This document shows positions 57,551 through 64,000 of a stretch of 64,000 nucleotides of DNA, piece by piece. Location of the stretch: NCBI GenBank assembly GCA_051313645.2, contig JBNRSN020000005.1, positions 141,236,001-141,300,000 of the forward strand. Reading direction: 5' to 3'. Under the pieces are notes generated by a model. The model did not search any database. It saw only the letters and a program-made list of their open reading frames with translations, and was not told where the DNA came from. Made by a program: the position numbers and the translations under genes. Numbering within the stretch: position 1 is the stretch's first letter; each line of letters begins with the position of its first letter. The DNA is from Centroscyllium fabricii. Its lineage: Eukaryota.

Positions 57551-58679
57551 CAGTGCAGCTCCCATCGTGTCAAAGGAAGCAAAGCACAGAAGGCCAGAAA
57601 GTCATAGTACCTACAAACCTATGACCAGAGGGCCAAAGTATGTCAGAAAGCAGTGAGCCAGACAACAAACACTCTTTCCTCTCTCCAAATCCCTCCCTCT
57701 CTCCGAATGCAGGCAAAATGGCTGCCACAAGAAATGCAGGAAGTGTGCCCCTTTAAATAGCGCCCTCGCGGACCCACAGCGCATCGGATGCGTTCCAGGA
57801 ACCTGTCGCGGGCAGCCCTGGGGAGGTGGGCACCACTGAATTTCCGGTCCAGCCCTCAGGAAGGGCGTTGCACGACAGAATGACATCAGGATCACCGTGC
57901 GCCGAGCAGCAGACGCTATCATTCAGCGCCGCCGGCGAACGCCTAGCGAATTTTGCGCCCAGCCCTGAAATCGCTGTGCCCCTTTTGGCCTCTCTTAGTG
58001 CGCTAACGGCTGGTGTAATCAAGCCAATTTCTAGCCCATAGTACTGGAGAAATTAATGGGACTACGTGGCAACAAATCCCCTGGACCTGACGACCTGCAT
58101 CCTAGGGTTTTAAAAGAGGAAGCTGCAGAGATAGTGAGGGCACTGATATTAATCTTCCAGAATTCCCTAGATTCTAGAACAGTCCCCGAGAATTGGAAGG
58201 TAGAAAACATAACCCCACTATTTAAGAAAGGAGGAAGAGAGAGAACGGGGAATGATAGGCCAGTTAGCCTGACATCAGTTGCAGGCAAAATGCTAGAATC
58301 TATAATTAGGGACGTGGTAACAGGACACTTAGAAAATCATAATATGATTGGGCCGAGTCAACATGGTTTTCTGAAAGGGAAATCGTGTTTGACAAATCTG
58401 TTAAATATGTAACTAGTTGGGTGGATAAGGGGAAACCAGTGGATGCAGTGAATTTGTATTTTCAAAAAGCATTCAATAATGTGCCACACAAGAGTTTGTT
58501 ACACTAAATTAGGACTCATGGTATTGGGGTAATATATCAGCATGAATTGAGGATTGGTTAATGGGCAGAAAACAGAGTAGGAATTAACAGGTCTATTTCA
58601 GGTTGGCAGGTTGTAACTAGTGGGGTGCCACAAGGATCAGGGTTGGGGTCCCAGCTATTTACAATCTATATTAATGATC

Positions 58680-61600
58680 CAGATGAAGGGACCCAGTGTA
58701 ATCTATCCAAGTTTGCTGATAACACAAAGCTCGGTGGGACAGTAAGCTGTGAGGAGAACACAACGAGCCTGCAAAGGGATATAGATAAACTAAGTGAGTG
58801 GGCAGTAAGGTGGCAGATGTAATATCGGGAAATGTGAGGTTATTCACTTTGGTAGGAAGAATAGAAAACAGAATATTTTTTGAATGGTGAGAAACTTTCA
58901 AATGTTGGTGTTGAGAGAGATTTTGGCGTCCTCGTGCAAGAAACACAGAAAGCTAGCACGCAGGTACAGTAAGCAATAAAGAAGGCAAATGGCATGTTGG
59001 CCTTTATTACAAGGGTGTTGGAGTATAAGAGTAAAGAAGTCTTGCTACAATTGTACAGGGCCTTGGTGAGACCACACCTGGAATACTGTGCACACTTTTG
59101 GTCTCCTCAGCTAAGGAAGGATCTACTTGCTTTGGAGGTGGTGCATCGAAGGTTCACTAGATTGATTCCTGGGGTGAGAGGGCTGTCCTATGATGAGGGA
59201 TTGTGTTGAATGGGCCTATACTCTCTGGAGTTCAGAAGAATGAGAGGTGACCTCATTGAAACATACAAGATTCTGAAATGGATTTACAGGGTAGAGGCTG
59301 AGAGGTTATTTCCCCTGGCTGGAGTGTCTGGAAATAGGGGGCATAGTCTCAGGATAAGGAGTAGGATATTTAAGACTGAGATGAGGAGGAATTTCTTCAT
59401 TCAGAGGGTTGTGAATCTTTGGTATTTTTTGCCCCAGAGGGCTGTGAATGCTGAATCTTTGACTATATTCAAGTCTGAGATAGATAGATTTTTGGACTCT
59501 AGGGGAATCAAGGGATATGGCGACCGGGGCATAGAGTACAAAAGCAAGGAGGTTATGATGATCCTTTATAAAACATTGGTTTAGCCTCAACTGGAGTACT
59601 GAGTCTAGACAGAGTAGAGTGAGAGAAACTGTTCCCATTGGTGGAAGGGTCAAGAACCAGAGGACACAGATAAGGTGATTGGCAAAAGAACCGAAGGCGA
59701 CATCAGAATAAAACTTTTTTATGCAGCAAATGGTTCGGATCTGGAATGCACTGCCTGAAAGGGTGGTGAAGGCAGATTCAAGCATGGCTTTCAAAGATGA
59801 ATTGGATAAGTACTGTGGTAAACCACTGTATTGTATTATAGTTCACTCTGTACTGTATTATAGTTCACTCTACCTGTTGCATGTAACCTGTCTGGACATG
59901 CCCCTGCTGACTCCCCCTGTGGCTCCTCCCCCAGACCCAGGTATAAAGGTGACCATCTCCCAAACCCCCTTCAGTCCTGGACCAGTCGATCAGTAGAGGT
60001 ATGCTCCTGTTCTTTAGTGAATAAAAGCCTATCTATTACTTGTGTAACTTCTAGTCTTCTGGAGTTATTGATAGTGCGTCAAGTACCAGAAGGAAAAGCA
60101 TTTGCAGGGCTACGGATAAAAGGTGGGGGTGTGGGACTAGCTGAAGTTCTCTTGCAGAGACCTGGCATGAACTCGATGGGCCAAATGGCCTCCTTCTGTG
60201 CTGTAACCATTCTATGATTCTATGAGTGACAGAGACACAGGCAGAGAGTGAAAGTGAGTGTCACACAGAGGGAAAGTCACAAAGGGCAGACAGAGTTAGA
60301 CAAAGAGAGAGTGAGAAACAGACACACAGAGAGACAGTGAGAGACTGAGAAGAGAGAGGAGAGAGAAGAGAGAGGACAGAGAAAGAGAAGACAGAGAGAG
60401 AGATAGAGCCAGGCAAAGAGAGAGCAGGGGGGACAGAGAGAGATATGGACAAAAAGAGAGAGAGAGATGTAGAGAGTGAGACAGAGAGAGGCCTAGAGAC
60501 AGACAGAGAGAGTAAGAGATAGATAGGTAGAGACAGTCAGAGAGAGAGGGACAGAGGGTGAGAGAGAGACAGACAGAGAGAGAGTACAGCGTGAAGGAGA
60601 TAGAGCCGGACAGATAGAGAGAGAGACATAAACAGAGAAAAGAAGAGCTGGAGAGACAGAGAGAAAGAAAGGCTGATAGGGACATAGAGAGAGAAAGAAA
60701 GAGGGACACAGAGAGGAAAGAAAGAGAGAGAAGCTAGAGAGAGGGTGTCAGATTCTGAGAGAGAGAAAGAGAGACTGAGAGAGAGAGGGACAGAGCGAGA
60801 TAGAGAATGAAACAGAGGGTGAGAGAGATAGTGAAAGATCGGGGGAGAGAAATGGGGGAGTGAGGGTCCAGGTGCGTGTAATCCATTCCCAGGGACTGAG
60901 TGACAGCCACACTTTGGAACAACAGGCACAGCACACGTACAATGGCCACTGGAAGGAGACTAAAACAAATAAGTTTTAGGCCGGTGGTGGGACAATAATG
61001 TGAGAAAATATTTTTTTTTAATTCAGAAAATTATTTAAAGCCAGAAAAAAATACAGGAAAGTGATGTTAAATGTCCCCCGGTAAGTTCCAATTAATTTTG
61101 GCAGGTGTTCTCCCCTTTTGCCAGGTGTTATCCCCTTTCAGAAAGAGTTTATCAGGTTTATTTAAAACATGTTATGAGAGAGGGGAAAATGTTTGCAGCC
61201 CCTGTTTGTACCTCAGAGTCTGTGAGAGACGGAAGGAATGGCAGCAGAAAAAGAGGAAAAAACTTCTCCAAAACTGATGCCAACTCATCACCAAGGCTGG
61301 GGATAGATAACATCACCGCCTTCTTAGGAAGTTTAACCACTTTATTCACACTCTTACCTGAGCTCTGTTTGGAATTAGAGGTTATTTTATTCTTTTTTTG
61401 TTCTATGTTTAACAACAGCATTGAAGAGGGAAAGATAGACTTGGAACAACTTCTTCAGTCAAAGCTGCAACGAGACTTGAACTTTTCATAAAAAATGTGT
61501 TAAAAACACATTTTTCTCCACCAAGCTTCGGTATGATTTTGGAAGAAACAGAAACAAAAATCAATTTTCCCCTCATCTGAACCGGTTTCAGCCAGATATT

Positions 61601-62874
61601 AAAGTCCAAACGCTTTTAAAGAAAGTCTGAACTACTTAAACTATTTTAAAGTTGATATTTCTCAATATTTGATTTTGAAAGATCGACTGAAGTAAGTAGC
61701 TTTACACAAACATGGACCTAGTCCGGTCCTTCCACTCGGTGAACATCTGGGAAAATCTCCATCCCGACTCCAGTGCCTTCACCAGCGTTAGGCCTGGAGG
61801 AGGAAAGTCCAGAATCGACCGCATTTACTTTCCCTGGGCGAACATCTCCTGCTTTCCGGCGGCTTCCCTGTGGCCGGTGCTGTGTTCGAACCACCACCTG
61901 GTGTGGGCGGGGCTCGTTCCACTCTGCATTTTAACAACTTGCTACTGGAGGACGAGCGGCTCCGCGATTCGGTCCGTCGGTTCTGGGCTGACTGGAGAAG
62001 GAAGCAGGGGGGCTTCCCCTCCTTGAGGCTATGGTGGGATCTGGGCATGGCTCGCGTTGGGTGGTTGGAGAGTGAGGTGCTCGACCTGGAGTCAAGTTGT
62101 CGAAGACCCGGCCCTGCGGAAGGTGGATGAAGAGGAGAAGGGCTTGCTGAAGGACCTGCAGCTCGTCAGGTCCCAAGGAGCATACCTCTGGGACCTGGAC
62201 AGCGGCTCACCCTTCTTCAACTTGTTGGAAAAAAGACGGGAGGTCTGTCAGCAGCTCTTGGGGCTGCAGGCTGACGATGGATCTCGGAATGGATCCCGAG
62301 GGCTTCAGTGCAGAGGCCCATGCCTACTACCAGGCTCTGTTCTCTCCGGATCTGTCCAGCGAAGATGCGTGCAGCCTTTTGTGGGAAGAACTGCCGGAGC
62401 TCGGTCTGGAGGGCGCTGAACAGCTGGACGTTCCGCTGAGCCTGGTAGAGCTGCCCGGTGCCCTCGGCCAGATCTCAAGGGGCAAATAACTGTGGCTGGA
62501 CGGGCTGACTGTGGAGTTCCACAGGATGATCTGGGATGTCCTGCGGGTAGGGGAGTGAATACACACGGGTCCTGGGGGAAAGTCTGGTGACCGGGGAGAT
62601 GCCCCTGTAGGGGTTATCCAAGCGCCTACTTAAAGATTTTGCCAAAGAAACGCAGTGCACTGGAGCACAGGTAAAACAGGTCTTTGTTCGTCAAACTCCA
62701 TACAACGACTGTTGGAAAAGAGCGCAAAAGCGCAAAGCATTCTGGGAAAAGTGATGGACGGTTCCTTAGGCCACTCAGGAATCAGGACAGGGATGCCGGC
62801 TGCCCAATAGGAAAAGGTGGCGTCGCGGAGGCCTGGTAGTGAGAGAAGCCTGCGGGCCCTCTCCTCCCTGGACA
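58680..62874 (+). repeat. Segmental duplication copy 2 (CR1, solo LTR 59814-60081, GA repeat 60224-60850, Tx1 fragment, gag remnant)
   Basis: Collinear with 253-4434. Confidence 0.97.
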
Positions 62875-64000
62875 ATTCAATTCAATTCAATTCAAGTTTT
62901 ATTGTCATTGCAGAGTGCTAGTACAATACAACGAGACGAAGACTCGACTCTCCCGAGAGTAGTGCAAATAAAATAAATAAATTACATGCAAAATGCATAC
63001 AGTAGAGTACATTATCAGGCGTGCAGGTACCGGAGTTTCTTTTTAGAGTTCAGGAGGCTGACAGCCCTGGGGAAGAAGCTGTTCTGAAATCTAGTCATGC
63101 GGGTGCAAATTGCTCTGTAGCGTCTCCCGGAGGGCAGGGGGGCGAACAGACTATGGCTGGGGTGTGTGGGGTCTTTAATAATGTTCATAGACCTCCGTAA
63201 GCATCGTTTGAGGTAGATGCTTTCCATTGACGGTAGCTGTGTACCGGTAATTCGTTGGGCAGTTTTGACTACTCGCTGCAGGGTTTTCCGGTCTGAGATA
63301 GTGCAATTACCATACCAGACAGTGATGCAGCTTGTCAGTATGCTTTCTATTGTGCAGCGGTAGAAGTTGGAGAGGATGCCGGATGACAGCCTGGCTTTCT
63401 TCAGCTTCCTTAGGAAGTACAGGCGCTGTTGGGCCTTCTTAACCAGAGAGGAGGTGTTAATGACCAGGAGAGATCTTCCGAGATGTGGACCCCGAGGAAC
63501 TTGAAGCTGGACACCATTTCCACCTCAGCCCCTTGGATGAAGATGGGGGGGTGTCTTCTGCTTCCAGTCCTCCGGAAGTCCACTATGATCTCCTTGGTTT
63601 TCTTGGTGTTCAGTGCCAGGTTGTTGTCGGCACACCAACCCACAAGGCGCTGGATCTCATCCCTGTAGGCTGACTCGTCGTTGTTGGTGATCTGGCCAAC
63701 CACCGTGGTGTCATCCGCGAACTTGATGATCGTGTTGGAGCCATGGACAGCCGCACAGTCGTGAGTGAAGAGGGAGTAGAGGAGGGGGCTGAGCACACAA
63801 CCTTGTGGGACCCCCGTGTTCAGGGTAAGGGGGGGGGGAGGTGAGGTTGCCTAACTTCACAGACTGTGGTCTGTTGGTTAGGAAGTCCAGGGTCCAGTTG
63901 CAGAGGGAGGTGGTCAGGCCGAGGGTGAGGAGTTTGGTAGACAATTTGCTGGGGACGATGCTGTTGAATGCTGAGCTGTAGTCAATAAACAGCATTCTGA
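62875..64000 (-). mobile_element. Rex1/Babar LINE running off the window, absent from duplication copy 1
   Basis: (TTGAA)n tail at 62875-62894; [34 protein letters not shown]. Confidence 0.93.

Larger units (their letters stand above)
53911..58037. mobile_element. PIF/Harbinger DNA transposon (4.1 kb), non-functional
   Basis: Imperfect TIRs GGGGCAAAAATTGG / CCAATTTCTAGCCC; host CR1 resumes on both sides; convergent Myb-like and transposase genes; ends uncertain by 1-2 bp. Confidence 0.88.
53065..59525 (+). mobile_element. Degenerate CR1 ORF2 split by a Harbinger transposon (53065-53910 and 58038-59525)
   Basis: FLDQYVEEPTR, GKSDHNMIEF, then KSPGPDDLHPRVLKE, RPVSLTS, PQGS, FADN. Confidence 0.88.

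Overview
This is eukaryotic vertebrate DNA, most likely from a cartilaginous fish: HE1-like V-SINEs, HER1/CR1 LINEs and shark-type histone H1/H2B tails point that way (inference). The core is a replication-dependent histone quintet, H2B(+), H1(+), H4(+), H3(+), H2A(-), at 31.4-49.0 kb. Each gene has an intact ORF, promoter elements and a 3' stem-loop, but each protein carries non-canonical substitutions, including H4 R45W. Most of the rest is nested transposable elements: CR1, Rex1/Babar, Tx1, several Gypsy lineages, a Harbinger transposon, solo LTRs and SINEs. The main discovery is a young, intact 10.9-kb retrovirus-like element inserted about 105 bp behind the H4 stem-loop. It has 1.76-kb LTRs, a tRNA-Arg PBS, a coiled-coil Gag joined in frame to Pol across a CAA-TGA-CTA readthrough stop, and a tether plus retrovirus-type RNase H, which resembles lokiretroviruses. 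A broken env-like glycoprotein relic lies 3.7 kb away. A second intact Gypsy has a YLDN RT motif and, in place of a tRNA PBS, a 15-nt leader complementary to its own poly(A)-signal region. Positions 253-4434 recur 58.4 kb later, suggesting the window is roughly one unit of a large tandem or segmental histone repeat. All identities and difference counts were estimated by eye.
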